From assembly GCA_964016885.1 (NCBI GenBank), contig CAXHJY010001105.1, forward strand, positions 310,001 to 374,000: a stretch of DNA of 64,000 bases. Direction: 5' to 3'. The position numbers and the translations under genes were made by a program. The DNA comes from Eledone cirrhosa. Its lineage: Eukaryota. The notes beneath the pieces are model-generated. The model saw nothing but the letters and a program-made list of their open reading frames with translations. It was not told where the DNA came from and ran no database searches. Below are positions 27,901 to 41,684 of this stretch, in pieces (the first letter of the stretch is position 1; the number at the start of each line of letters is the position of its first letter).

Positions 27901-30900
27901 TTGCACTCCAGTCCACTGTGTCCTTGAGCAAGACATTTTATTTCACATTGCACTCCAGTCCACTGTGTCCTTGAGCAAGATACGTTATTTCACATTGCAC
28001 TTCAGTCCACTGTGTCCTTGAGCAAGATACGTTATTTCACATTGCACTCCAGTCCACTGTGTCCTTGAGCAAGACCCTTTATTTCACATTGCACTCCAGT
28101 CCACTGTGTCCTTGAGCAAGACACTTTATTTCACATTGCACTTCAGTCCACTGTGTCCTTGAGCAAGACACTTTATTTCACATTGCACTCCAGTCCACTG
28201 TGTCCTTGAGCAAGACACTTTATTACACATTGCACTCTAGTCCACTGTGTCCTTGAGCAAGATACTTTATTTCACATTGCACTCCAGTCCACTGTGTCCT
28301 TGAGCAAGAGACTTTATTTCACATTGCACTCCAGTCCACTGTGTCCTTGAGCAAGAGTCTTTATTTCACATTGCGCTCCACTCCACTGTCCTTGAGCAAG
28401 ATACTTTATTTCACATTGCACTCCAGTCCACTGTGTCCTTGAGCAAGATACGTTATTTCACATTGCACTCCAGTCCACTGTGTCCTTGAGCAAGATACGT
28501 TATTTCACATTGCACTCCACTCCACTGTGTCCTTGAGCAAGACACTTTATTTCACATTGCACTCCAGTCCACTGTGTCCTTGAGCAAGACACTTTATTTC
28601 ACATTGCACTCCAGTCCACTGTGTCCTTGAGCAAGAGACTTTATTTCACATTGCACTCCAGTCCACTGTGTCCTTGAGCAAGACATTTTATTTCACTTTG
28701 CACTTCAGTCCACTTTGTCCTTGAGCAAAACACTTTATTTCACATTGCACTCCACACCACTGTGTCCTTGAGCAAGATACTTTATTTCACATTGCACTCC
28801 AGTCCACTGTGTCCTTGAGCAAGATACGTTATTTCACATTGCACTCCAGTCCACTGTGTCCTTGAGCAAGATACGTTATTTCACAGTGCACTCCAGTCCA
28901 CTGTGTCCTTGAGCAAGATAATTTATTTCACATTGCACTCCAGTCCACTGTGTCCTTGAGCAAGACATTTTATTTCACATTGCACTCCAGTCCACTGTGT
29001 CCTTGAGCAAGATACTTTATTTCACATTGCACTCCAGTCCACTGTGTCCTTGAGCAAGACATTTTATTTTACATTGCACTCCAGTCCACTGTGTCCTTGA
29101 ACAATACATTTTATTTCACATTGCACTCCAGACCACTGTGTCCTTGAGCAAGACACTTTATTTCACATTGCACTCCAGTCCACTGTGTCCTTGAGCAAGA
29201 CACTTTATTTCACATTGCACTCCAGTCCACTGTGTCCTTGAGCAAGAGACTTTATTTCACATTGCACTCTAGTCCACTGTGTCCTTGAGCAAAACACTTT
29301 ATTTCACATTGCACTCCAGTCAACTGTATACTTGAGCAAGATACTTTATTTCAAATTACACTCCAGTCCACTGTGTCCTTGAGCAAGACGTTTTATTTCA
29401 CATTGCACTCCACTCCACTGTGTCCTTGAGCAAGATACTTTATTTCACATTGCACTCCACTCCACTGTGTCCTTGAGCAAGATACGTTATTTCACATTGC
29501 ACTCCAGTCCACTGTGTGCTTGAGCAAGATAATTTATTTCACATTGCACTCCAGTCCACTGTGTCCTTGAGCAAAACACTTTATTTCACATTGCACTCCA
29601 GTCCACTGTGTCCTTGAGCAAGATAATTTATTTCACATTGCACTCCAGTCCACTGTGTCCTTGAGCAAGACATTTTATTTCACATTGCACTCCAGTCCAC
29701 TGTGTCCTTGAGCAAGATACGTTATTTCACATTGCACTTCAGTCCACTGTGTCCTTGAGCAAGATACGTTATTTCACATTGCACTCCAGTCCACTGTGTC
29801 CTTGAGCAAGACACTTTATTTCACATTGCACTCCAGTCCACTGTGTCCTTGAGCAAGACACTTTATTTCACATTGCACTTCAGTCCACTGTGTCCTTGAG
29901 CAAGACACTTTATTTCACATTGCACTCCAGTCCACTGTGTCCTTGAGCAAGACACTTTATTACACATTGCACTCTAGTCCACTGTGTCCTTGAGCAAGAT
30001 ACTTTATTTCACATTGCACTCCAGTCCACTGTGTCCTTGAGCAAGAGACTTTATTTCACATTGCACTCCAGTCCACTGTGTCCTTGAGCAAGAGTCTTTA
30101 TTTCACATTGCGCTCCAGTCCACTGTGTCCTTGAGCAAGAGACTTTATTTCACATTGCACTCCAGTCCACTGTGTCCTTGAGCAAGACATTTTATTTCAC
30201 ATTGCACTCCAGTCCACTGTGTCCTTGAACAAGATACTTTATTTCCCATTGCACTCCAGTCCAGTGTCCTTGAGCAATACATTTTATTTCACATTGCACT
30301 CCAGTACACTGTGTCCTTGAGCAAGACACTTTATTTCACATTGCACTCCAGTCCACTGTGTCCTTGAGCAAGAGACTTTATTTCACATTGCACTCCAGTC
30401 CACTGTGTCCTTGAGCAAGAGACTTTATTTCACATTGCACTCCAGTACACTGTGTCCTTGAGCAAGAGACTTTATTACACATTGCACTCCAGTCCACTGT
30501 GTCCTTGAGCAAGATACGTTATTTCATATTGCACTCCACTCCACTGTCCTTGAGCAAGATACTTTATTTCACATTGCACTCCAGTCCACTGTGTCCTTGA
30601 GCAAGATACGTTATTTCACATTGCACTCCAGTCCACTGTGTCCTTGAGCAAGATACGTTATTTCACATTGCACTCCACTCCACTGTGTCCTTGAGCAAGA
30701 CACTTTATTTCACATTGCACTCCAGTCCACTGTGTCCTTGAGCAAGACACTTTATTTCACATTGCACTCCAGTCCACTGTGTCCTTGAGCAAGAGACTTT
30801 ATTTCACATTGCACTCCAGTCCACTGTGTCCTTGAGCAAGACATTTTATTTCACATTGCACTTCAGTCCACTTTGTCCTTGAGCAAGATACGTTATTTCA

Positions 30901-33900
30901 CATTGCACTCCACACCACTGTGTCCTTGAGCAAGATACTTTATTTCACATTGCACTCCAGTCCACTGTGTCCTTGAGCAAGATACGTTATTTCACATTGC
31001 ACTCCAGTCCACTGTGTCCTTGAGCAAGATACGTTATTTCACAGTGCACTCCAGTCCACTGTGTCCTTGAGCAAGATAATTTATTTCACATTGCACTCCA
31101 GTCCACTGTGTCCTTGAGCAAGACATTTTATTTCACATTGCACTCCAGTCCACTGTGTCCTTGAGCAAGATACTTTATTTCACATTGCACTCCAGTCCAC
31201 TGTGTCCTTGAGCAAGACATTTTATTTTACATTGCACTCCAGTCCACTGTGTCCTTGAACAATACATTTTATTTCACATTGCACTCCAGACCACTGTGTC
31301 CTTGAGCAAGACACTTTATTTCACATTGCACTCCAGTCCACTGTGTCCTTGAGCAAGACACTTTATTTCACATTGCACTCCAGTCCACTGTGTCCTTGAG
31401 CAAGAGACTTTATTTCACATTGCACTCTAGTCCACTGTGTCCTTGAGCAAAACACTTTATTTCACATTGCACTCCAGTCAACTGTATACTTGAGCAAGAT
31501 ACTTTATTTCAAATTACACTCCAGTCCACTGTGTCCTTGAGCAAGACGTTTTATTTCACATTGCACTCCACTCCACTGTGTCCTTGAGCAAGATACTTTA
31601 TTTCACATTGCACTCCACTCCACTGTGTCCTTGAGCAAGATACGTTATTTCACATTGCACTCCAGTCCACTGTGTGCTTGAGCAAGATAATTTATTTCAC
31701 ATTGCACTCCAGTCCACTGTGTCCTTGAGCAAAACACTTTATTTCACATTGCACTCCAGTCCACTGTATCCTTGAGCAAGATACTTTATTTCAAATTGCA
31801 CTCCAGTCCACTGTGTCCTTGAGCAAGACATTTTATTTCACATTGCACTCCACTCCACTGTGTCCTTGAGCAAGATACTTTATTTCACAATGCACTCCAC
31901 TCCACTGTGTCCTTGAGCAAGATACGTTATTTCACATTGCACTTCAGTCCACTGTGTCCTTGAGCAAGATACGTTGTTTCACATTGCACTCCAGTCCACT
32001 GTGTCCTTGAGCAAGATAATTTATTTCACATTGCACTCCAGTTCACTGTGTCCTTGAGCAAGACATTTTATTTCACATTGCACTCCAGTCCACTGTGTCC
32101 TTGAGCAAGATACGTTATTTCACATTGCACTTCAGTCCACTGTGTCCTTGAGCAAGATACGTTATTTCACATTGCACTCCAGTCCACTGTGTCCTTGAGC
32201 AAGACACTTTATTTCACATTGCACTTCAGTCCACTGTGTCCTTGAGCAAGACACTTTATTTCACATTGCACTTCAGTCCACTGTGTCCTTGAGCAAGACA
32301 CTTTATTTCACATTGCACTCCAGTCCACTGTGTCCTTGAGCAAGACACTTTATTACACATTGCACTCTAGTCCACTGTGTCCTTGAGCAAGATACTTTAT
32401 TTCACATTGCACTCCAGTCCACTGTGTCCTTGAGCAAGAGACTTTATTTCACATTGCACTCCAGTCCACTGTGTCCTTGAGCAAGAGTCTTTATTTCACA
32501 TTGCGCTCCAGTCCACTGTGTCCTTGAGCAAGAGACTTTATTTCACATTGCACTCCAGTCCACTGTGTCCTTGAGCAAGACATTTTATTTCACATTGCAC
32601 TCCAGTCCACTGTGTCCTTGAACAAGATACTTTATTTCCCATTGCACTCCAGTCCAGTGTCCTTGAGCAATACATTTTATTTCACATTGCACTCCAGTCC
32701 ACTGTGTCCTTGAGCAAGATACTTTATTTCACATTGCACTCCAGTCCACTGTGTCCTTGAGCAAGAGACTTTATTTCACATTGCACTCCAGTCCACTGTG
32801 TCCTTGTGCAAGAGACTTTATTTCACATTGCACTCCAGTCCACTGTGTCCTTGAGCAAGAGACTTTATTACACATTGCACTCCAGTCCACTGTGTCCTTG
32901 AGCAAGATACGTTATTTCATATTGCACTCCACTCCACTGTCCTTGAGCAAGATACTTTATTTCACATTGCACTCCAGTCCACTGTGTCCTTGAGCAAGAT
33001 AATTTATTTCACATTGCACTCCAGTCCACTGTGTCCTTGAGCAAGACATTTTATTTCACATTGCACTCCAGTCCACTGTGTCCTTGAGCAAGATACGTTA
33101 TTTCACATTGCACTTCAGTCCACTGTGTCCTTGAGCAAGATACGTTATTTCACATTGCACTCCAGTCCACTGTGTCCTTGAGCAAGACACTTTATTTCAC
33201 ATTGCACTCCAGTCCACTGTGTCCTTGAGCAAGACACTTTATTTCACATTGCACTTCAGTCCACTGTGTCCTTGAGCAAGACACTTTATTTCACATTGCA
33301 CTCCAGTCCACTGTGTCCTTGAGCAAGACACTTTATTACACATTGCACTCTAGTCCACTGTGTCCTTGAGCAAGATACTTTATTTCACATTGCACTCCAG
33401 TCCACTGTGTCCTTGAGCAAGAGACTTTATTTCACATTGCACTCCAGTCCACTGTGTCCTTGAGCAAGAGTCTTTATTTCACATTGCGCTCCAGTCCACT
33501 GTGTCCTTGAGCAAGAGACTTTATTTCACATTGCACTCCAGTCCACTGTGTCCTTGAGCAAGACATTTTATTTCACATTGCACTCCAGTCCACTGTGTCC
33601 TTGAACAAGATACTTTATTTCCCATTGCACTCCAGTCCAGTGTCCTTGAGCAATACATTTTATTTCACAGTGCACTCCAGTACACTGTGTCCTTGAGCAA
33701 GACACTTTATTTCACATTGCACTCCAGTCCACTGTGTCCTTGAGCAAGAGACTTTATTTCACATTGCACTCCAGTCCACTGTGTCCTTGAGCAAGAGACT
33801 TTATTTCACATTGCACTCCAGTACACTGTGTCCTTGAGCAAGAGACTTTATTACACATTGCACTCCAGTCCACTGTGTCCTTGAGCAAGATACGTTATTT

Positions 33901-36900
33901 CATATTGCACTCCACTCCACTGTCCTTGAGCAAGATACTTTATTTCACATTGCACTCCAGTCCACTGTGTCCTTGAGCAAGATACGTTATTTCACATTGC
34001 ACTCCAGTCCACTGTGTCCTTGAGCAAGATACGTTATTTCACATTGCACTCCACTCCACTGTGTCCTTGAGCAAGACACTTTATTTCACATTGCACTCCA
34101 GTCCACTGTGTCCTTGAGCAAGACACTTTATTTCACATTGCACTCCAGTCCACTGTGTCCTTGAGCAAGAGACTTTATTTCACATTGCACTCCAGTCCAC
34201 TGTGTCCTTGAGCAAGACATTTTATTTCACATTGCACTTCAGTCCACTTTGTCCTTGAGCAAGATACGTTATTTCACATTGCACTCCACACCACTGTGTC
34301 CTTGAGCAAGATACTTTATTTCACATTGCACTCCAGTCCACTGTGTCCTTGAGCAAGATACGTTATTTCACATTGCACTCCAGTCCACTGTGTCCTTGAG
34401 CAAGATACGTTATTTCACAGTGCACTCCAGTCCACTGTGTCCTTGAGCAAGATAATTTATTTCACATTGCACTCCAGTCCACTGTGTCCTTGAGCAAGAC
34501 ATTTTATTTCACATTGCACTCCAGTCCACTGTGTCCTTGAGCAAGATACTTTATTTCACATTGCACTCCAGTCCACTGTGTCCTTGAGCAAGACATTTTA
34601 TTTTACATTGCACTCCAGTCCACTGTGTCCTTGAACAATACATTTTATTTCACATTGCACTCCAGACCACTGTGTCCTTGAGCAAGACACTTTATTTCAC
34701 ATTGCACTCCAGTCCACTGTGTCCTTGAGCAAGACACTTTATTTCACATTGCACTCCAGTCCACTGTGTCCTTGAGCAAGAGACTTTATTTCACATTGCA
34801 CTCTAGTCCACTGTGTCCTTGAGCAAAACACTTTATTTCACATTGCACTCCAGTCAACTGTATACTTGAGCAAGATACTTTATTTCAAATTACACTCCAG
34901 TCCACTGTGTCCTTGAGCAAGACGTTTTATTTCACATTGCACTCCACTCCACTGTGTCCTTGAGCAAGATACTTTATTTCACATTGCACTCCACTCCACT
35001 GTGTCCTTGAGCAAGATACGTTATTTCACATTGCACTCCAGTCCACTGTGTGCTTGAGCAAGATAATTTATTTCACATTGCACTCCAGTCCACTGTGTCC
35101 TTGAGCAAAACACTTTATTTCACATTGCACTCCAGTCCACTGTATCCTTGAGCAAGATACTTTATTTCAAATTGCACTCCAGTCCACTGTGTCCTTGAGC
35201 AAGACATTTTATTTCACATTGCACTCCACTCCACTGTGTCCTTGAGCAAGATACTTTATTTCACAATGCACTCCACTCCACTGTGTCCTTGAGCAAGATA
35301 CGTTATTTCACATTGCACTTCAGTCCACTGTGTCCTTGAGCAAGATACGTTGTTTCACATTGCACTCCAGTCCACTGTGTCCTTGAGCAAGATAATTTAT
35401 TTCACATTGCACTCCAGTTCACTGTGTCCTTGAGCAAGACATTTTATTTCACATTGCACTCCAGTCCACTGTGTCCTTGAGCAAGATACGTTATTTCACA
35501 TTGCACTTCAGTCCACTGTGTCCTTGAGCAAGATACGTTATTTCACATTGCACTCCAGTCCACTGTGTCCTTGAGCAAGACACTTTATTTCACATTACAC
35601 TTCAGTCCACTGTGTCCTTGAGCAAGACACTTTATTTCACATTGCACTTCAGTCCACTGTGTCCTTGAGCAAGACACTTTATTTCACATTGCACTCCAGT
35701 CCACTGTGTCCTTGAGCAAGACACTTTATTACACATTGCACTCTAGTCCACTGTGTCCTTGAGCAAGATACTTTATTTCACATTGCACTCCAGTCCACTG
35801 TGTCCTTGAGCAAGAGACTTTATTTCACATTGCACTCCAGTCCACTGTGTCCTTGAGCAAGAGTCTTTATTTCACATTGCGCTCCAGTCCACTGTGTCCT
35901 TGAGCAAGAGACTTTATTTCACATTGCACTCCAGTCCACTGTGTCCTTGAGCAAGACATTTTATTTCACATTGCACTCCAGTCCACTGTGTCCTTGAACA
36001 AGATACTTTATTTCCCATTGCACTCCAGTCCAGTGTCCTTGAGCAATACATTTTATTTCACATTGCACTCCAGTCCACTGTGTCCTTGAGCAAGACACTT
36101 TATTTCACATTGCACTCCAGTCCACTGTGTCCTTGAGCAAGAGACTTTATTTCACATTGCACTCCAGTCCACTGTGTCCTTGTGCAAGAGACTTTATTTC
36201 ACATTGCACTCCAGTCCACTGTGTCCTTGAGCAAGAGACTTTATTACACATTGCACTCCAGTCCACTGTGTCCTTGAGCAAGATACGTTATTTCATATTG
36301 CACTCCACTCCACTGTCCTTGAGCAAGATACTTTATTTCACATTGCACTCCAGTCCACTGTGTCCTTGAGCAAGATACGTTATTTCACATTGCACTCCAG
36401 TCCACTGTGTCCTTGAGCAAGATACGTTATTTCACATTGCACTCCACTCCACTGTGTCCTTGAGCAAGATACTTTATTTCACATTGCACTCCAGTCCACT
36501 GTGTCCTTGAGCAAGACACTTTATTTCACATTGCACTCCAGTCCACTGTGTCCTTGAGCAAGAGACTTTATTTCACATTGCACTCCAGTCCACTGTGTCC
36601 TTGAGCAAGACATTTTATTTCACATTGCACTTCAGTCCACTTTGTCCTTGAGCAAGATACGTTATTTCACATTGCACTCCACACCACTGTGTCCTTGAGC
36701 AAGATACTTTATTTCACATTGCACTCCAGTCCACTGTGTCCTTGAGCAAGATACGTTATTTCACATTGCACTCCAGTCCACTGTGTCCTTGAGCAAGATA
36801 CGTTATTTCACAGTGCACTCCAGTCCACTGTGTCCTTGAGCAAGATAATTTATTTCACATTGCACTCCAGTCCACTGTGTCCTTGAGCAAGACATTTTAT

Positions 36901-39900
36901 TTCACATTGCACTCCAGTCCACTGTGTCCTTGAGCAAGATACTTTATTTCACATTGCACTCCAGTCCACTGTGTCCTTGAGCAAGACATTTTATTTTACA
37001 TTGCACTCCAGTCCACTGTGTCCTTGAACAATACATTTTATTTCACATTGCACTCCAGTCCACTGTGTCCTTGAGCAAGACACTTTATTTCACATTGCAC
37101 TCCAGTCCACTGTGTCCTTGAGCAAGACACTTTATTTCACATTGCACTCCAGTCCACTGTGTCCTTGAGCAAGAGACTTTATTTCACATTGCACTCTAGT
37201 CCACTGTGTCCTTGAGCAAAACACTTTATTTCACATTGCACTCCAGTCAACTGTATACTTGAGCAAGATACTTTATTTCAAATTGCACTCCAGTCCACTG
37301 TGTCCTTGAGCAAGACATTTTATTTCACATTGCACTCCACTCCACTGTGTCCTTGAGCAAGATACTTTATTTCACATTGCACTCCACTCCACTGTGTCCT
37401 TGAGCAAGATACGTTATTTCACATTGCACTCCAGTCCACTGTGTGCTTGAGCAAGATAATTTATTTCACATTGCACTCCAGTCCACTGTGTCCTTGAGCA
37501 AAACACTTTATTTCACATTGCACTCCAGTCCACTGTATCCTTGAGCAAGATACTTTATTTCAAATTGCACTCCAGTCCACTGTGTCCTTGAGCAAGACAT
37601 TTTATTTCACATTGCACTCCACTCCACTGTGTCCTTGAGCAAGATACTTTATTTCACAATGCACTCCACTCCACTGTGTCCTTGAGCAAGATACGTTATT
37701 TCACATTGCACTTCAGTCCACTGTGTCCTTGAGCAAGATACGTTGTTTCACATTGCACTCCAGTCCACTGTGTCCTTGAGCAAGATAATTTATTTCACAT
37801 TGCACTCCAGTCCACTGTGTCCTTGAGCAAGACATTTTATTTCACATTGCACTCCAGTCCACTGTGTCCTTGAGCAAGATACGTTATTTCACATTGCACT
37901 TCAGTCCACTGTGTCCTTGAGCAAGATACGTTATTTCACATTGCACTCCAGTCCACTGTGTCCTTGAGCAAGACACTTTATTTCACATTGCACTCCAGTC
38001 CACTGTGTCCTTGAGCAAGACACTTTATTTCACATTGCACTTCAGTCCACTGTGTCCTTGAGCAAGACACTTTATTTCACATTGCACTCCAGTCCACTGT
38101 GTCCTTGAGCAAGACACTTTATTACACATTGCACTCTAGTCCACTGTGTCCTTGAGCAAGATACTTTATTTCACATTGCACTCCAGTCCACTGTGTCCTT
38201 GAGCAAGAGACTTTATTTCACATTGCACTCCAGTCCACTGTGTCCTTGAGCAAGAGTCTTTATTTCACATTGCGCTCCAGTCCACTGTGTCCTTGAGCAA
38301 GAGACTTTATTTCACATTGCACTCCAGTCCACTGTGTCCTTGAGCAAGACATTTTATTTCACATTGCACTCCAGTCCACTGTGTCCTTGAACAAGATACT
38401 TTATTTCCCATTGCACTCCAGTCCAGTGTCCTTGAGCAATACATTTTATTTCACATTGCACTTCAGTCCACTGTGTCCTTGAGCAAGACACTTTATTTCA
38501 CATTGCACTCCATTCCACTGTGTCCTTGAGCAAGACACTTTATTTCACATTGTACTCCAGTCCACTGTGTCCTTGAGCAAGATACGTTATTTCACATTGC
38601 ACTTCAGTCCACTGTGTCCTTGAGCAAGACACTTTATTTCACATTGCACTCCACTCCACTGTGTCCTTGAGCAAGACACTTTATTTCACATTGCACTCCA
38701 GTCCACTGTGTCCTTGAGCAAGACACTTTATTACACATTGCACTCCAGTCCACTGTGTCTTTGAGCAAGATACTTTATTTCACATTGCACTCCAGTCTAC
38801 TGTATCCTTGAGTAAGACACTTTATTTCACATTGCACTCCAGTCTACTGTATCCTTGAGTAAGACACTTTATTTCACATTGCACTCCAGTCCACTGTGTC
38901 CTTGAGCAAGAGACTTTATTTCACATTGCACTCCAGTCCACTGTGTCCTTGAGCAAGACACTTTATTTCACATTGCACTCCAGTCCACTGTGTCCTTGAG
39001 CAAGATACGTTATTTCACATTGCACTCCAGTCCACTGTGTCCTTGAGCAAGACATTTTATTTCACATTGTACTCCAGTCCACTGTGTCCTTGAGCAAGAT
39101 ACTTTATTTCACATTGCACTCCAGTCCACTGTGTTCTTGAGCAAGACATTTTATTTCACATTGCACTCCAGTCCACTGTGTCCTTGAGCAAGATACTTTA
39201 TTTCATATTGCACTTCACTCCACTGTGTCCTTGAGCAAGATACTTTATTTCACATTGCACTCCAGTCCAGTGTCCTTGAGCAATACATTTTATTTCACAT
39301 TGCACTCCAGTCTACTGTGTCCTTGAGCAAGACACTTTATTTCACATTGCACTCCACTCCACTGTGTCCTTGAGCAAGAGACTTTATTTCACATTGCACT
39401 CCAGTCCACTGTGTCCTTGAGCAAGACACTTTATTTCACATTGCACTCCAGTTCACTGTGTCCTTGAACAGGACACTTTATTTCACATTGCACTCCAGTC
39501 CACCGTGTCCTTGAGCAAGACACTTTATTTCACATTGCACTCCACTCCACCGTGTCCTTGAGCAAGAGACTTTATTTCACATTGCACTCCAGTCCACTGT
39601 GTCCTTGAGCAAGACACTTTATTTCACATTGCACTCCAGACCACTGTGTCCTTGAGCAAGACACTTTATTTCACATTGCACTCCAGTCCACTGTGTCCTT
39701 GAGCAAGACACTTTATTTCACATTGCACTCCAGTCCACTGTGTCCTTGAGCAAGACACTTTATTTCACATTGCACTCCAGACCACCGTGTCCTTGAGCAA
39801 TACATTTTATTTCACATTGCACTCCAGTCCACTGTGTCCTTGAGCAAGACACTTTATTTCACATTGCACTCCAGTCCACTGTGTCCTTGAGCAAGACACT

Positions 39901-40322
39901 TTATTTTACATTGCACTCCAGTCCACTGTGTCTTTGAGCAAGACACTTTATTTCACATTGCACTCCAGTCCACTGTGTCCTTGAGCAAGACACTTTGTTT
40001 CACATTGCACTCCAGTCCACTGTGTCCTTGAGCAAGACACTTTATTTTACATTGCACTCCACTCCACTGTGTCCTTGAGCAAGACACTTTATTTCACATT
40101 GCACTCCAGTCCACTGTGTCCTTGAGCAAGACACTTTATTTCACATTGCACTCCAGACCACTGTGTCCTTGAGCAAGACACTTTATTTCACATTGCACTC
40201 CAGTCCACTGTGTCCTTGAGCAAGACACTTATTTCACATTGCACTCCAGTCCACTGTGTCCTTGAGCAAGACACTTTATTTCACATTGCACTCCAGACCA
40301 CTGTGTCCTTGAGCAAGACACT
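918..40322 (+). repeat. 47-bp tandem satellite (~838 copies) derived from the SINE central CORE-like domain
   Basis: Unit TGTGTCCTTGAGCAAGA(G/C)ACTTTATTTCACATTGCACTCCAGTCCAC repeats head-to-tail without interruption; 39405/47 is about 838. The first ~25 nt resemble the CORE-SINE motif TGTGACCTTGGGCAAGTCACTT (recalled consensus). Confidence 0.97.
16650..38460 (+). repeat. Higher-order repeat domain of the satellite (mostly 51-mer, 2393 bp; also 46-mer, 2158 bp)
   Basis: The variant monomer GAGTCTTT...TGCGCTCC has its GCGC at 19271, 21429, 23587, 25980, 28373, 30110, 32503, 33486, 35879 and 38272. Spacings are 2158, 2158, 2393, 2393, 1737, 2393, 983, 2393, 2393. 2393 = 51x47-4, consistent with the two 2-bp deletion monomers seen per unit. 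Confidence 0.9.
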
Positions 40323-40413
40323 CTCCCAGGTCAGTTTAATCGAGCAGACTTATGATCAAAGATGTTCCAGCGGTTGGATCAGGACTGACCTGGGGCTAAA
40401 CAACAACAACAAC
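40323..40413 (+). mobile_element. Probable SINE 3' end with (CAA)n tail, preceded by an inverted copy of the same segment
   Basis: Ends GACTGACCTGGGGCTAAACAACAACAACAAC. CCCAGGTCAGT (40325-40335) is the reverse complement of ACTGACCTGGG (40384-40394). Confidence 0.6.
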
Positions 40414-40451
40414 TGTGTATGTATGTATCAGTAGGATTCTCATTACTAGAT

Positions 40452-40843
40452 AAAGAGAGAGAGAGAGAGAGAGGGGAGGAGTGAGAGACAGGGAAGAAGA
40501 GAGAGAGAGAGTGAAGGGGTGAGAGAGAGGGAAGGGGTGAGAGAGAGGTAACGAGAGAGAGGGAAGGGGTGAGAGAGAGTGAAGGGGTCAGAGAGAGGGA
40601 GTAAGAAAGAGACGTATCATCATCATCGTTTAATCGTGATGATGATATATCTCTCTCTCTATCTTATCATCTTCCTCTGTCCCCCTCTCTATTATTCCCT
40701 CTCTTACTCCCTCTCTATACCGCCATCTCCCCCCTCTCTCTCTTATTCCCTCTCTATCTCACCACCTCCCCCCTCTCTCTCATTCCCTCTCTATATCGCC
40801 ATCTCCCCCCTCTCTCTCTCTTATTCCCTCTCTATCTCACCAC

Positions 40844-40883
<40 letters not shown>

Positions 40884-41147
40884 CCCCCTCTTACTCCCTC
40901 TCTATATCGCCATCTCCCCCTCTCTCTATCTTAACCCCCCCCCTCGCTATCCCATCACCTCCCCCCTCTCTCTCTTATTCCCTCTCTATATCGCCATCTC
41001 CCCCCTCTCTCTTATTCCCTCTCTATCTCACCACCCCTTTCTCTCTCTCACACACACACACATATACACACAAACATATACATGTATCTATCTTCGAGTG
41101 TGTGTGTGTATATATATATATATGTGTGTGTGTATGTGTGGATGTAT

Positions 41148-41210
<63 letters not shown>

Positions 41211-41552
41211 GCTGTGTGTGTTTGTGTGGGTGTGGGTGTGGGTGTGTGTGTGTGTATGTGTGTGTGTATATATAAATATATATATATATATGTCTGTTTG
41301 TGTGTATATATATATATGTGTGTGTGTGTGTTTGTGTATATATATATATATAAATTTGGCTGTGTGTGTGTGTATGTATATATATATGTCTGTTTGTTTG
41401 TGTATATATATATATATATGTGTGTGTGGCTGTGTGTGTGTGTTTGTGTTTGTGTGGCTGTATGTATGTGTGGGTATATATATATATATATATATGTCTG
41501 TTTGTGTTTATATAATATACGTATATATATGTGTATGTGTGTGTGTGTGTGT
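40452..41552. repeat. Compound low-complexity tract: (GA)n, CT-rich, then (TA)/(TG)n
   Basis: Direct reading of the sequence. Confidence 0.9.
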
Positions 41553-41684
41553 GGTAGGAAGGGAGGCAGTGTAAAAGGTGTCAAATTACGACCAATGAGA
41601 GAGCAGCTAGCAGTATCACGTGTCTAAGATGAATTACACAGGTTACCAGTCCAGTAGCTGACATTGTTAACACTGTTGTTTGAA

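Noticed and set aside
918-40322. CRISPR-like array of partly palindromic repeats
   Set aside because: Units are contiguous with no unique spacers, there are no cas genes, and the context is eukaryotic.
1294-40434. Recurring 65-80 aa ORFs (MSLSKTLYFTLHSS...)
   Set aside because: They are GTG-start translations of the 47-bp satellite that appear only where a variant removes the TGA stop; 47 is not a multiple of 3.
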